Shown piece by piece: positions 41,534 through 54,310 of a stretch of DNA of 64,000 nt. Below the pieces are notes generated by a model. It saw only the letters and a list, made by a program, of their open reading frames with translations, had not been told where the DNA came from and did no database searches. The DNA is from Macrostomum lignano. Its lineage: Eukaryota. Position numbers and translations under genes: made by a program. Each line of letters starts with the position of its first letter. The first letter of the stretch is position 1. Location of the stretch: positions 186,001 through 250,000 of the forward strand of contig NIVC01000928.1 in NCBI GenBank assembly GCA_002269645.1, given 5' to 3'.

Positions 41534-44500
41534 ATGTGGCTCACAACCCTGATCTTCTACCTGTTCATTCTCATCGGCGGGGCGCACCTGCTTCGGAAGA
41601 ACTTGCGCAATCGCCAGACAGCAAAGCTGAAGCACTGCGGCTTCTATTCAATCGGAGGAGAGTTCTTCAGCCTGAAGAAGTGGCTCATGTACTGCCTGCT
41701 CTGGTTGGGGGTTGGCGTCAGAGGCAAAAGCCGATTCGAGTCTGGGACCGCGAGCTCCTGCAGCAATGGGAAGAGTCCGAGAAACCGCAGCAGCTTGACC
41801 AGAACGACAAGGATGTAAGTTGACGATAGACATCCGCCCATTCTGTCGCGAATGGCAGGATGTCATGGTGACGACATGACGCGCTTTTTAATTTTGTGTG
41901 GGTGCCTGGCAAGCCTCTTAAGGGTGTCACCGCCAGTCAGCACGTTTCAGTACCTAAAAAACTGGGCCCAATTCCAGAGGTTCCATTACGAGACAATCTC
42001 TAGATTTTGTTCACCCTTTGTTCAATCTATCGTACAGGTATAAGCAAATGGTACTTGGTATATAATCGTAATTCCTCTAATGCTATCAAGTAAGGTCTAA
42101 GTAAGGTCTGCCAACTACATTCGCGTATCATTTTTGGCATGTGGCATGTGGTTTTAACACAAAGCAAAAACTGGTTCCAGTTGCAACTAGTCCAAAGACC
42201 CACCTTATTCTACTAATTAGTTCTTTTTAATCGGCGAAATCTCATCAAGCAGCTCGCGTAGTCTAAGCAAAGCAGTTCATAAACCCGATATCTTGGTATA
42301 GTTCTTGTCATTCGAGTAATTTCTTTGTTCCCCCAGTCCATCGATTCTGTCTATTTCTACGGAGGCGAGCTGGAATCGGACAAGCCGGCCATAGTTATCC
42401 GAATGGCCAGGCGGCCCGACCGAGTGGCCGAGCTCTGGTTTCTGGTGCGCATGCCGGACGGTACCATCCTGGAGCACCCGGTGCAGCCCAATACTCACGT
42501 GACCAACTGCAGTCCGGACACCTTCTCCGCCGGCGGATTTACTATTACTTGCGACGAGCCGATGAACTACTGGAGCCTGCGCTACCACGGCCTGATGAAG
42601 CGCGGCATCGCCGACCAGCTGGAGCCGCAGGCCACGTCGCACAACCTGGATGACTACGTGACTGTCAATCTGCGCGCAAAATTCCGCGCCTCCGTCAATC
42701 CGTTCGACGCTAAGACGGATCTCAGTCCGAAAATCGTGGCCGAGTTTCTCGCCCGCGAGCCCTGGAGCTCTGCATTCTTTGCCAAGCTGAAGCGAAACGA
42801 GGAACAAGTCCACCTGGAGCAGTGGGGAATGCTGACTGGAGAGATGACAGTTGGAACTCAGCGCTACGATCTCAATATGAGCGCTTATAGGGACCACTCC
42901 TACGGTATGGCTCAATTAAGAATTTGATTTAAAATTAATGAGTAACTTACGAGCGTATATACGACAGTTCGTGTATGCCAATTTTGTTGCAGGACTGCGC
43001 AATTGGCGTCAATACTATCGCTACGCGGCCCACTTTGGCTACCTGGAGAATGGGAGCTTCTTCAGCTTCGGCTCGGTGTCGATTCCACAGACGACAACGC
43101 ACGTGAAGTACGGCTATATCTACCTGCCCTACGGCAAGAAGTGCGCCATCGATGGCCACGACTTGAACCTGTGGGAGAAAGGTGAAATAACGGAGCCGCC
43201 GAAGAACTACCAGGTGCGACTGATTGCCAACGGCAAGGACTACAAAGTTGAGGTTCGGGCCGGTGAGAACATCCCGCTGTACGTGCAATCGGCCAGTTGC
43301 GTTCTATTCGAAAGGTTCACCGAATTCACCGTGAATGGCATTCGCGGATGGGGCATAACGGAGTACTGCTACTGGCATCACAGTCCTCTGGAAGGTACAC
43401 CGGAGGGTTCCTTGCCAATGCCTATTGTTCCGGGTGCTCTGAGCAATGAAGACACCCTTGTCGTTGACTTGGACCAACAAGACTGCTGTGTGAGGTCTCT
43501 GACTGGCGGCAAAGGGTCGCAGCTGGCTGTGGCTACTAAAATCTTTAATGAGAGCGGCAGAAGCGACGTCCGAGTGCCGAAGGGGTTCGTAGTGACCACT
43601 AATGCGTACCGAGAGTTTATCCAAGCCAACACCGTGTTGTGGGAGGGCATTAACGAGCTGCGAGCGGCTGCCACCTCCGGAAAGGGCGGGTCTCTGGAAC
43701 CTGCTTGTAAATCCTTGATCAAAGCTTTCGCCTCGGCGACTCTGCCAGCCTCTGTGACCGAGGTAGTGATGAATTCATTGGATCGGATTTTTAGCGGCGA
43801 ATCCGAAATTCGGTTCGCTGTGCGCTCGTCCGGCGTTAGCGAGGATGGCTCCAGCGCGTCCAGCGCAGGTCAGATGGAGACGTTCCTGGGCGTGAATCGG
43901 GACGAGCTGCCGGTAAAAATTGTTGAGTGCTGGGCGTCGCTTTTTTGCCATCGGGCCGTGCAGTACAGGCACAGCGTAGGCCAGGGCATCGATGCCAGCA
44001 TGGCGGTGGTGGTGCAGGGGATGGTCCCAGCCACAGCGGCTGGAGTTCTCTTCAGCCAGGATCCGATAAGCGGCTGCTCGAGCCTGATGAAGATTGAAGC
44101 GAACTTCGGCCTCGGCGAGAGTGTCGTGTCCGGCTTAGTGACGCCTGACTCGTTCACCGTTCGACGATTTCCGGACGGCTACAAGACCATTGAGGATCGC
44201 CAGCTGGGCGAGAAGTCCGAAGTCATGCAGGTGGGCGAGTCAGGCGGCCTGGAGACCAGGCACAGTGATGAGAAGGTCAGCTCCCTGAGCGACAAGCGAG
44301 TGCTGGCTCTGGCAGAGCTTGGCGAGGAGCTCGAGAAACGCTACGGAGCTGCCGTCGACGTTGAATTTGCACTGGTCGACGACACAATCCACCTGCTCCA
44401 GGTGCGCCCTGTTACTGCGATGGGACCAGAGACTTTGGATGATGTGATGCACGAGTTCGACAGCTCGTTCAGCTACAAGGAGGGCTGGCTGACAACGGCC

Positions 44501-46382
44501 AACATTGGCGAAATGAGTCCCGGTGCGATGACACCGCTGACTCTGAGCACGTTTGGCCGAGCGGTTGACTGGAGCATGATAAAGTACAAGGCGACCAAGT
44601 CTGGCATTGTCCCAGAGATCAGCAGGCCGATGTCTGGCTTAGCCTGCAGCGCCAATCACCTGCTAATAAACATGATGGAGCTGGGCCTGGGCTCCGAGGT
44701 CATGTCGCTGTTCGGCAAGTTCGACATGGCCTGCATCGCGCTGCTCGGTCGGACGCTGGACGAACCAACTCGCGACGATCTACGACGCTACACGGACGGT
44801 GAGGCGAACCTGCTAGACAAGATTTGGAACGCCGTCTGTGACATTCTGACCATCTACCAGTCGACCAAGCTCACAGAGGCCTGGGAAAAGAAGTTCCAAG
44901 ACGGCTACCACGTGATGCCGCAGTACACAGCTAAGGAGCAGTACATGGAGCTGGACTCTCGCATGCCGGACTATGCTCAGTGCTGGTGCGACACCATCAT
45001 CAACACGGGCAAGTCCGCCGTCAACAGCATGGTGCTGGTGAGCATCTTCAACGAGCAATTCGGCTTGAATGAGCAGACGTTCAGCAAGCTGGCTCTGTGC
45101 CTGTCCAACTGCGAAAACGTCTACAGTGCCGATGTGCCGACCGCTCTGCACAACCTGGCCGTCGATCTGTCGAACTCTCCGAACTGCAGCGCCTTCCTGG
45201 CTTTGTCGCCAAAGGATGCCGCCAACTGGCTTCTGTCGTACGAAAGCGGCAAGGCCGGTGAGAGCTTTCGCAGCTTCATCAACCGGCATGGCTTCCGCTG
45301 CATCCGGGAGGCCGAGTTCCGTGAGGTGTCCTGGCGAGCCGCTCCAGAAAAAATCGTGGCCATAATGCAGGCCACCATTTCGGCTGGCCTGGTGCGGCGC
45401 GAGGCCAAGGAGACGCTGACTATTGATGAGATCGTGGAGCAGTTGGAGCTGCGCAACCCACTGACGAGGCGACTCGTCAAGGCGCTGATTCCGTTGGCCA
45501 GACGCGGTGTCGCAAGCCGCGAATGGGGTAAGGCCATCTCCATTCGAATGGTGGACGCCATCAAGGAGGGTTACAAGCACCTCGGCCAGCTAATGGTTAA
45601 AGAAGAGTTGGCGCCGGACACCGACTTGGTGTACTTCTTCACTCACCGGGAGCTCGGCCTGCTCGTTGATCGCAAGGACACCTCTTCATTGATCAAGAAG
45701 GTGAGCAAGCAGCTTCTTGAATGTGCACATTAATAGCACGAGAAACACGCAGACTCATTAATTATTGTACCTGGTAGGTTTGAGTAAAAGTCTGAAGTCT
45801 GAGGATAAGTATAATAATCGATACGATTTTTTTAAAGATTAAATACTTAAAAAGTTTTCATGCGTAAGCACAGCCCGCAATTCCGCCATTCCGTCCCTCG
45901 CACAGGCCCTGAAGCGACGCGCTGCTCTGCCGCGCCAGAACGCCCTGCAGCTTCCCGAGCTGATCAAAGGCAACCCCCGGTTCGACCTGCTCGCCGAGCA
46001 GGAGCGGCCGCGATCTCCTCCCGGTGCCAGACGCGGCAGCGGCGAGCAGCTGAGCGTCGCCGGCATGCCGGTGAGCCGCGGCTCGGTGACCGGGCGCGCT
46101 CGGGTCATTCGCAACCTGCAGGACGCGGCCGAAATCGAGAAGGACGACGTGCTGATCGTGCCGTACACCGACGTGGGCTGGACGCCCTACTTCCCACTGA
46201 TCAGCGGCCTCGCCACGGAGAAGGGAGGCCTGCTGTCGCACGGAGCCGTGGTGGCCCGCGAGTTCGGCATCCCCTGCATCGTCGGGGCCAAGCAGGCGAC
46301 CTCGCTGTTCAAGACTGGCGACTTTGTCGATCTGGACGGCGAGCGCGGCCTGCTGAGGCTGGCGGAGCAGCAGCAGGAGTGA
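41534..46382 (+). CDS. PEP-synthase/PPDK-family enzyme (rifampicin phosphotransferase/PigC-like) with an N-terminal extra domain; exons 41534-41814 (apparent frameshift near 41707-41711), 42337-42904, 42993-45700, 45906-46382
   Basis: ATP-grasp motifs GGKGSQL, VPKGFVVTT, AVRSS..EDG..SSAGQMETFLG, IEANFGLGESVVSG, DVEFA, LLQVRPVT. C-terminal swivel phospho-His motif GGLLSHGAVVAREFGIPCIVG. Domain order ATP-grasp, substrate domain, His domain matches RPH-type enzymes. Confidence 0.9.
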
Positions 46383-46474
46383 CACCCAAGAGAGCCTTGG
46401 CACCGCTGTTGCGAACATGCAGAATCACTGGCTAGGAAATTGCTGAATCACGTATAGCAAAGACTCTTGCTGAA

Positions 46475-46700
46475 AAACAGAATGGGGCATTGTATCCTAC
46501 AGAATGGGGAATTTTATCCTACAGAATGGGGCATTGTATCCTACAGAATGGGGCATTGTATCCTACAGAATGGGGCATTCTATCTTACAGAATGGGGCAT
46601 TGTATCCTACAGAATGGGGCATTGTATCCTACAGAATGGGGCATCCTATCCTACAGAATGGGGCATTTTATCCTACAGAATGGGGCATTTTATCCAATAT
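46475..46700. repeat. 22-bp minisatellite (ATCCTACAGAATGGGGCATTGT)n
   Basis: Direct reading. Confidence 0.94.
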
Positions 46701-47124
46701 AAGCCTATAGGATATGACTTTAAGCTTGAGTTAATTCTTCTCAATTCTCAATTCTTAAAATATTTAAATTTTTCTTAAACGTCATGTTTACCTATGAGTT
46801 ATACTCAGCTCCTTTCCTAAATTTAGACTGACACTAAAGACGACTAACATTAGAACAAAAATACGCGCGATTTTTATCTTTTAAAATGTACTTTTATTAA
46901 CTGACAGTTAAAAGTTGTCTATTAGGTCTGTTTATTTCCTAAATTCATTAAGTAATTACCATCAATTATAGCAGAAGTAGCTCTTACTACTACTGCTCGT
47001 AAGTAGTAGTAGTAACGAATCAATAATTCTACTAACTAGCAAGGAAATTGCGAACTCTTGATTCACTGCTTCAAAGACTAGAAAAAGCTTCAAGTCCCAG
47101 TTCGAGTCCCTGCAGCTTCTGCAG

Positions 47125-50100
47125 TCAGCCCCATTTCTGTCTCTCGCCGGAGCCGAAGATGGCGAAGAACAGCACGTTTGCAGCGTGCAGCAGAGCGGCC
47201 AGGAGGAACACCCGAGACCACGACTGCGCGCTCTGCAAGTTTGGAAGGCCACTTTCTGGCGTTCGATTACATCACATTTTATTGTCGTAGTGAAGAATAA
47301 ATTATAGACTCTTAGCGAAGTCTCTTATACAACATTTCGCTATATTCTTAGGATAGCCATCCGCGTATTTTAATATTTTATTTCTCATCACTCACTCTCC
47401 TCTCTCCACCCCTCTTTCTTCCCCCATCTCACTCCATGCCCTAACTCTACCCATACCCCGTACTCTCCTCCTCACCGCATACTCTCCTCTCCCCCACACT
47501 CTCCCCCTCTCGCTCATACTCTCCCTCTCTCCCCCACACTCTCCCCCTCTCCCCCACACTCTCCCCTCTCCCCCACACTCTCCCTCTCTCCCCCATACTC
47601 TCCCCCTCTCCCCCACACTCTCCCCCTCTCCCCCACACTCTCCCTCTCTCCCCCATACTCTCCACCTCTACCCCACACTCTCCCCCTCTCCCCCACACTC
47701 TCCACCTCTACCCCATACTCTCCCTGTCTACCCATACTCTCCCCTCTCGCTCATACTCTCCCTCTCTCCCCCACACTCTCCCCCTCTCCCCCACACTCTC
47801 CCCCTCTCCCCACACTCTCCACCTCTACCCCATACTCTCCCCTCTACCCCATACTCTCCCTGTCTACCCTATACTCTCCCCTCTCCCCCATACTCTCCTC
47901 CTTTCTCCATAGTATTCCCCAATATCTGCCCACCCTCTCTCCAATCAGTCTTTTCCCATTCTCTCTCTTACCCAACTCACTTCCCACCCCCCTCTCACTC
48001 CGGCACTCACGTGATCCTCCGCCATGTAGGCGGTGGCCACCGGTAGGAAGATTCCGGCCATAGAGCCGACCCCATTGGCCAGGCCCATCAGGATGCCGGC
48101 ATATCGGGGCGCCAGATCCAGCAGGTTCACGTTGAAGCCTGCGGGCGGGGCAGGTTTGAACAGGAATTTGGGAAGAGAGGGGGTTATGACCGGGATGGGA
48201 GAAGTGCCCCAGCTACCTGACAGAGCGATCGCGCTGAAGCCGACAGCCAGGGTCAGGCAGACGACAGCCACTCTGGCATCGGATGAGTAACCAGCGACCA
48301 GAAGAAATATTGCCTCCATGCCGAAGCCTGCGATGGTTGGTTTGAAGGCGTGGTGATCAGGTGTGGGGTTGATCGGTGTGGGATTGATCGGGTGTGGGAT
48401 TGATCGGGTGTGGGATTGATCGGGTGTGGGATTGATCGGGTGTGGGGTTGATCGGTGTGGGATTGATCGGGTGTAGGGTTGATCGGGTGTGGGATTGATT
48501 GGGTGTGGGAATGATCGAGTATGCGATTGATCGGGTGTGGGATTGATCATGTGTGGGATTGATCAGGTGTAGGATTGATCGGGTGTGGGATTGATCATGT
48601 GTGGGAATGATCGAGTATGCGATTGATCGGGTGTGGGATTGATCATGTGAGGGATTGATCAGGTATGCGATTGATCGGGTGTGGGATTGATCATGTGTGG
48701 GATTGATCAGGTGTAGGATTGATCGGGTGTGGGATTGATTGGGTGTGGGAATGATCGAGTATGCGATTGATCGGGTGTGGGATTGATCATGTGTGGGATT
48801 GATCAGGTGTAGGGTTGATCGGGTGTGGGATTGATTGGGTGTGGGAATGATCGAGTATGCGATTGATCGGGTGTGGGATTGATCAGGTGAGGGATTGTTC
48901 AGGTATGCGATTGATCAGGTGTGGGATTGTTCAGGTTTGGGATTGATCAGGTGTGGTATTGATCAGGTGTGGTATCATTACCAAAGCAGATGTACAGCTT
49001 TCTAACCGCCGTAGTTGCCAGGCGCCCATTGTTGAGGAAGTCGGCAGTGCAGCCTCCGATGGGGACGATGACGGAGGTCAGCAGGTGCGGCATCGCCGAC
49101 ACGAAGCCGCTCTGCAAGACGATTGACGCGTTGCCATGGAAACAGGGCCCAAATGAATTTAGCGAAATCAATCTCACCTGCGTCAAATCGAACTGAAAGA
49201 CGTCGCAAAAAAACTTGGTGGGCTCCACAATGAGCAGGTAGAATGCCCAGCCGTGAGCAATCTCCATCACGATAACAGCCAGCACTGGCAGTGAGGTGAA
49301 GATCGACTTCCAGGGCGTGTCGCAGCTCTGGGGGGGGGGGTAATTTATTGCCCTAGTTTCAGATTGACATCAACCAGGTAAAAAATTCTTGATTAAAACC
49401 TGTGCATCCACGTCCGTATGGTCACCGATCGAGTCAACAATGTAATTTCGCTCAGCCTCCGAGATGCAGGGGTGCTCGGCCGGCTTCTCGGATACGTACA
49501 GAAACCACAAGGCAAACCAGAGTATGCCAATGCCTCCTGGGATGGGGTGGGTCTGGTGTAACAGCATAGACACCCTGTCTAACAGCATAGACACCCTGTC
49601 TAACAGCATAGATACCATGTCTAACAGCATAGACACCCTGTCTAACAGCATAGACACCCTGTCTAACAGCATAGACACCCTGTCTAACAGCATAGACACC
49701 CTGTCTAACAGCATAGACACCCTGTCTAACAGCATAGATATTCTGTCTAACAGCATAGACACCCTGTCTAACAGCATAGACACCCTGTCTAACAGCATAG
49801 ACACCCTGTCTAACAGCATAGACACCCTGTCTAACAGCATAGACACCCTGTCTAACAGCATAGACACCCTGTCTAACAGCATAGATACCCTGTCTAACAG
49901 CATAGATACCCTGTCTAACATCATAGATACCCTGTCTAACATCATAGATACCCTGTCTAACAGCATAGACACCCTGTCTAACAGCATAGACACCCTGTCT
50001 AACAGCATAGACACCCTGTCTAACAGCATAGACACCCTGTCTAACAGCATAGATACCCTGTCTAACAGCATAGATACCCTGTCTAACATCATAGATACCC

Positions 50101-52484
50101 TGTCTAACAGCATAGATACCCTGTCTAACAGCATAGATACCCTGTCTAACAGCATAGATACCATGTCTAACAGCATAGACACCCTGTCTAACAGCATAGA
50201 CACCCTGTCTAACAGCATAGACACCCTGTCTAACAGCATAGACACCCTGTCTAACAGCATAGACACCCTGTCTAACAGCATAGATATTCTGTCTAACAGC
50301 ATAGACACCCTGTCTAACAGCATAGACACCCTGTCTAACAGCATAGACACCCTGTCTAACAGCATAGACACCCTGTCTAACAGCATAGACACCCTGTCTA
50401 ACAGCATGGACACCCTGTCTAACAGCATAGACACCCTGTCTAACAGCATAGACACCCTGTCTAACAGCATAGACACCCTGTCTAACAGCATAGACACCCT
50501 GTCTAACAGCATAGACACCCTGTCTAACAGCATAGACACCCTGTCTAACAGCATAGACACCCTGTCTAACAGCATAGACACCCTGTCTAACAGCATAGAC
50601 ACCCTGTCTAACAGCATGGACACCCTGTCTAACAGCATGGATGCCTCACCATAGATATAGAACGGAGCGGGCCAGCCAATGGATTCGGTCAGCGCCCCGG
50701 ACAGCAATAGGCTGAAAAGCACCCCAACGTTGGAGCCGCAGAAGGCGATGTTGGCGAGCTGCGAGAGCTCATGCGGTGGCGCCCAATAGCGCCAAATTCC
50801 GAGACAGGCGGGATAGGTGCAGCCCTGCGGGGGAGGGGTGGTCAGACATCAGTCATACAATGGTGGCAACTTACTTAGAAAAAGATCATTTAAAATCGTC
50901 ATGCAATGCTCGCAGTTGGTCCCATACTTTACTGCTAAAATGACCATTATAAACACCTGGTCCCAATCCTCACCTCGGCCAGACCCTGCAGAAACCGGAT
51001 CAAAATGGTGAATCCGTAGCTCGCACTCATGGCCAGTGGGAGCAGCATGTTGAGCGCAGACGAGATCACCGTGGCCAGACCGAAGGCTCGAGTTGCCGAC
51101 AGCTTGTTGGCGATGATGCCACCTGGAAGCTGGGTGATCAGGTAGCCCCAGAAGTATGAGCTCTCCACCGCGCCCACCACGGATGCCGGCCACGGCTCCG
51201 CGAGGTGCTGAAGGCGGTTGAGCAGAATGGGCTTTTCAGTGACTGCTGTCAGGGTTTCTGAGACCTTCCGTGGCCTACGGTGGTGCACGAAGACAAACAC
51301 CCTCTAGAAACACCGGTGCATGAAGACACCCTCTAGAAACACCGGTGCATGAAGACAGACAACCTCTAGAAACACCGGTGCATGAAGACCGACAACCTCT
51401 AGAAACACCGGTGTATGAAGACCGACAACCTCTAGAAACACCGGTGCATGAAGACCGACAACCTCTAGAAACACCGGTGTATGAAAACAGACAACCTATA
51501 GAAACACCGGTGCATGAAGACACCCTCTAGAAACACCGGTGCATGAAGACAGAAAACCTCTAGAAACACCGGTGTATGAAAACAGACAACCTCTAGAAAC
51601 ACCGGTGCATGAAGACACCCTCTGGAAACACCGGTGCATGAAGACACCCTCTGGAAACACCGGTGTATGAAGACGCACTCTAGAAATACCGGTGCATGAA
51701 GACACCCTCTGGAAACACCGGTGCATGAAGACACCCTCTGGAAACACCGGTGCATGAAGACACCCTCTGGAAACACCGGTGCATGAAGACACCCTCTAGA
51801 AACACCGGTGTATGAAGACGCCCTCTAGAAACACCGGTGTATGAAGACGCCCTCTAGAAACACCAGTGCATGAAGACACCCTCTAGAAAATCCGGTGCAT
51901 GAAGACGCCCTCTAGAAACACCGGTGTATGAAGACACCCTCTAGAAACACCGGTGCATGAAGACAGACAACCTCTAGAAACACCGGTGCATGAAGACAGA
52001 CAACCTCTAGAAACACCGGTGTATGAAGAAACCCTCTAGAAACACCGGTGTATGAAGACGCACTCTAGAAACACCGGTGCATGAAGACGCACTCTAGAAA
52101 CACCGGTGCATGAAGACGCACTCTAGAAACACCGGTGTATGAAGACGCACTCTAGAAACACCGGTGTATGAAGACGCACTCTAGAAACACCGGTGCATGA
52201 AGACGCCATCCAGAAGACAGCAAAGCCATCGAGCGCACCTCGGTAGTGTTGTCGGCCTCTCCGCGGGCACCTGAGGCATTGAACCTGCTCCTGAAGTAGC
52301 CGCAAGCCACTCCAATGCTGCATCGAAAGCTGAACGTGATGGCCAGACCCAGTGAGCACAGGATCGCTAAAAGCATTCTCTGCTTAACACACGCTTTTCC
52401 GCACAAGTTCACTCCGCTTTTCTCAAGCAGCAACCCTTTCGGATTGTCGGCGACTTCATTTGTCGAACCGTCTGTTTCCTGCAT
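47125..52484 (-). CDS. SLC17 family, vesicular glutamate transporter-like; exons 52484-52239, 51207-50974, 50824-50650, 49536-49400, 49327-49178, 49111-48982, 48327-48217, 48138-48011, 47232-47125
   Basis: FRCSIGVA, SSYFWGYLITQLPGG, RFLQGLAEGCTYPAC..WAPP, GWPAPFYIYG, HPCISEAERNYI, TPWKSIFTSLPV, FNVNLLDLAPRYAGILMG, GSGERQKW. All splice phases match. Confidence 0.93.
47390..47910. repeat. Pyrimidine-rich ~19-20-bp array (CCCCACACTCTCCCCTCTC-like) in the last SLC17 intron
   Basis: Direct reading. Confidence 0.9.
48352..48972. repeat. 16-bp minisatellite (GATTGATCGGGTGTGG)n in SLC17 intron 6
   Basis: Direct reading. Confidence 0.94.
49557..50640. repeat. 21-bp minisatellite (AACAGCATAGACACCCTGTCT)n in SLC17 intron 3
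   Basis: Direct reading. Confidence 0.97.
51295..52210. repeat. 29-33-bp minisatellite (CTCTAGAAACACCGGTGCATGAAGACAC..)n in SLC17 intron 1
   Basis: Direct reading. Confidence 0.95.
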
Positions 52485-52764
52485 GGCGTGACCATAAAAC
52501 CCTTCGAGAGGGTTGCGAGCCACTTTTTATTGCCATTGATTTGAGCAGGAAGCTCTCCATATTTGGATTTAAGCCATTTGTTCTGCAGCAGTCCGCAAAA
52601 ATATTTTTTTCAATTTAAAATAAACTTTTCCACCTTGGACAAGCACCTTTTTCCGAGGCAGGAAAGGCAGCCCGTTTGGAGCCGTGGAAATTCTATTTGC
52701 TTTGCTATTGTTTAACTAGAACACGGACTCTTGTGCTGCAAGCCTATTAACCACCTGTCTAAAA

Positions 52765-53105
52765 TCCACATATCTAACACCCACATATCTACGAGCTAAC
52801 AACCACATATCTAACACCCACACGTCTAACACCCACATATCTAACACCCACATATCTAACACCCACATATCTAACACCCACATATCTAACACCCACATAT
52901 CTCATACCCACATATAGCAGCCATTTTAGAAATCGGGGGCGCCATATTAGAAATCGGGGGCGCCATATTAGAAATCGGGGGCGCCATATTAGAAATCAGG
53001 GGCGCCATATTAGAAATCGGGGGCGCCATTTAGAAACCGGAGGGCGCCACATTATAAATCAGGGGAGGGCGCCATATTAGAAATCGGGGGCGCCATATTA
53101 GAAAC
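52765..53105. repeat. Two short intergenic arrays: 15-bp (ACCCACATATCTAAC)n then ~21-bp (GCCATATTAGAAATCGGGGGC)n
   Basis: Direct reading. Confidence 0.92.
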
Positions 53106-53597
53106 CGCAGATCATCAAGATCATTGACATTCAATAACTATTCGCTTTGACAAAGACAAGTCAGAATCGAGTTTATATTTTGAGTTTATATTCAGAATTT
53201 CGAATCGAACCAAGTTCCTCAAGTCAGAGCCATTGGGATCAAAACTTTGATTCGGGATCTCGGGACCCGTGAGCACGGTCACTCCAGCTCGAAGTCCCGA
53301 AGAAGGACGCTCTGGAACTCGATGGGGCCCTGCTTCATCCCCCGCCTGTACGGCAGCGCCAACCGCAGCTCCTGCACCGAGGGCTGCTCCGCCACGGTGA
53401 TCCCCTTGGCGGCCTGCTGGATGGCGCTCAGCGCGAGCTGCAGCTCCGGGACAACCAGCTGGGAGACATCGAACTCCCCGGTGAGGCAGCTGAACAGGTG
53501 TTCCTGCTCTGCGGTCAGGCTGCCGCACAGCGCCATCAGGATGAGCACCAGCAACATCAGCGCCTTCCAGGTCCACTCCTGCGGGAGAGGCGTGCGC

Positions 53598-53990
53598 TGG
53601 GATCTGGGATCTGCGATCTGGGATCTGCGATCTGGGATCTGCGATCTGGGATCTGCGATCTGGGATCTGCGATCTGGGATCTGCGATCTGGGATCTGCGA
53701 TCTGGGATCTGCGATCTGGGATCTGCGATCTGGGATCTGCGATCTGGGATCTGCGATCTGGGATCTGCGATCTGGGATCTGCGATCTGGGATCTGCGATC
53801 TGGGATCTGCGATCTGGGATCTGCGATCTGGGATCTGCGATCTGGGATCTGCGATCTGGGATCTGCGATCTGGGATCTGCGATCTGGGATCTGCGATCTG
53901 GGATCTGCGATCTGGGATCTGCGATCTGGGATCTGCGATCTGGGATCTGCGATCTGGGATCTGCGATCTGGGATCTGCGATCTGGGATCA
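53598..53990. repeat. Perfect 14-bp array (GGGATCTGCGATCT)n filling an intron
   Basis: Direct reading. Confidence 0.97.
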
Positions 53991-54310
53991 GACTCTCACC
54001 TTAGTCGAGTGGCAGCTCCGCAGCAGGTTGTGTCCCACGGGGCGAATGAGGTGCAGGGCCTGCCGGATGTTCCCGCAGTTCCCGGCTTCTCTCCTGGAGG
54101 CGGCAGCCCGATGTCCCGCACGGAGGCCAGCAGGGGGTCCAGAAAATCGTCGATCAGCCGGTTGTGGTTTCCAAGAAACATGCAGGCCGCCAGCTGGTTG
54201 GGAGCGACGTCCAGCAACCGGACCTTCTTCAGCGGCTCGGCTGTGATGATCTGCAGGATTTCGAGGCGTTCTGGGATGCTTGAGAATGCCTTGACAGCAT
54301 TGAAATCCAC

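Noticed and set aside
42938-45733. Bacterial contamination or operon, suggested by the 931-aa ORF with bacterial-type motifs
   Set aside because: The gene has canonical spliceosomal introns with matching phases and sits among animal genes.
41700-54110. Programmed ribosomal frameshifting at the three frame breaks (41707, 47129, ~54108)
   Set aside because: No slippery heptamer or pseudoknot is evident. All lie at or near short G/C runs, which fits long-read indel errors or simple null alleles better.
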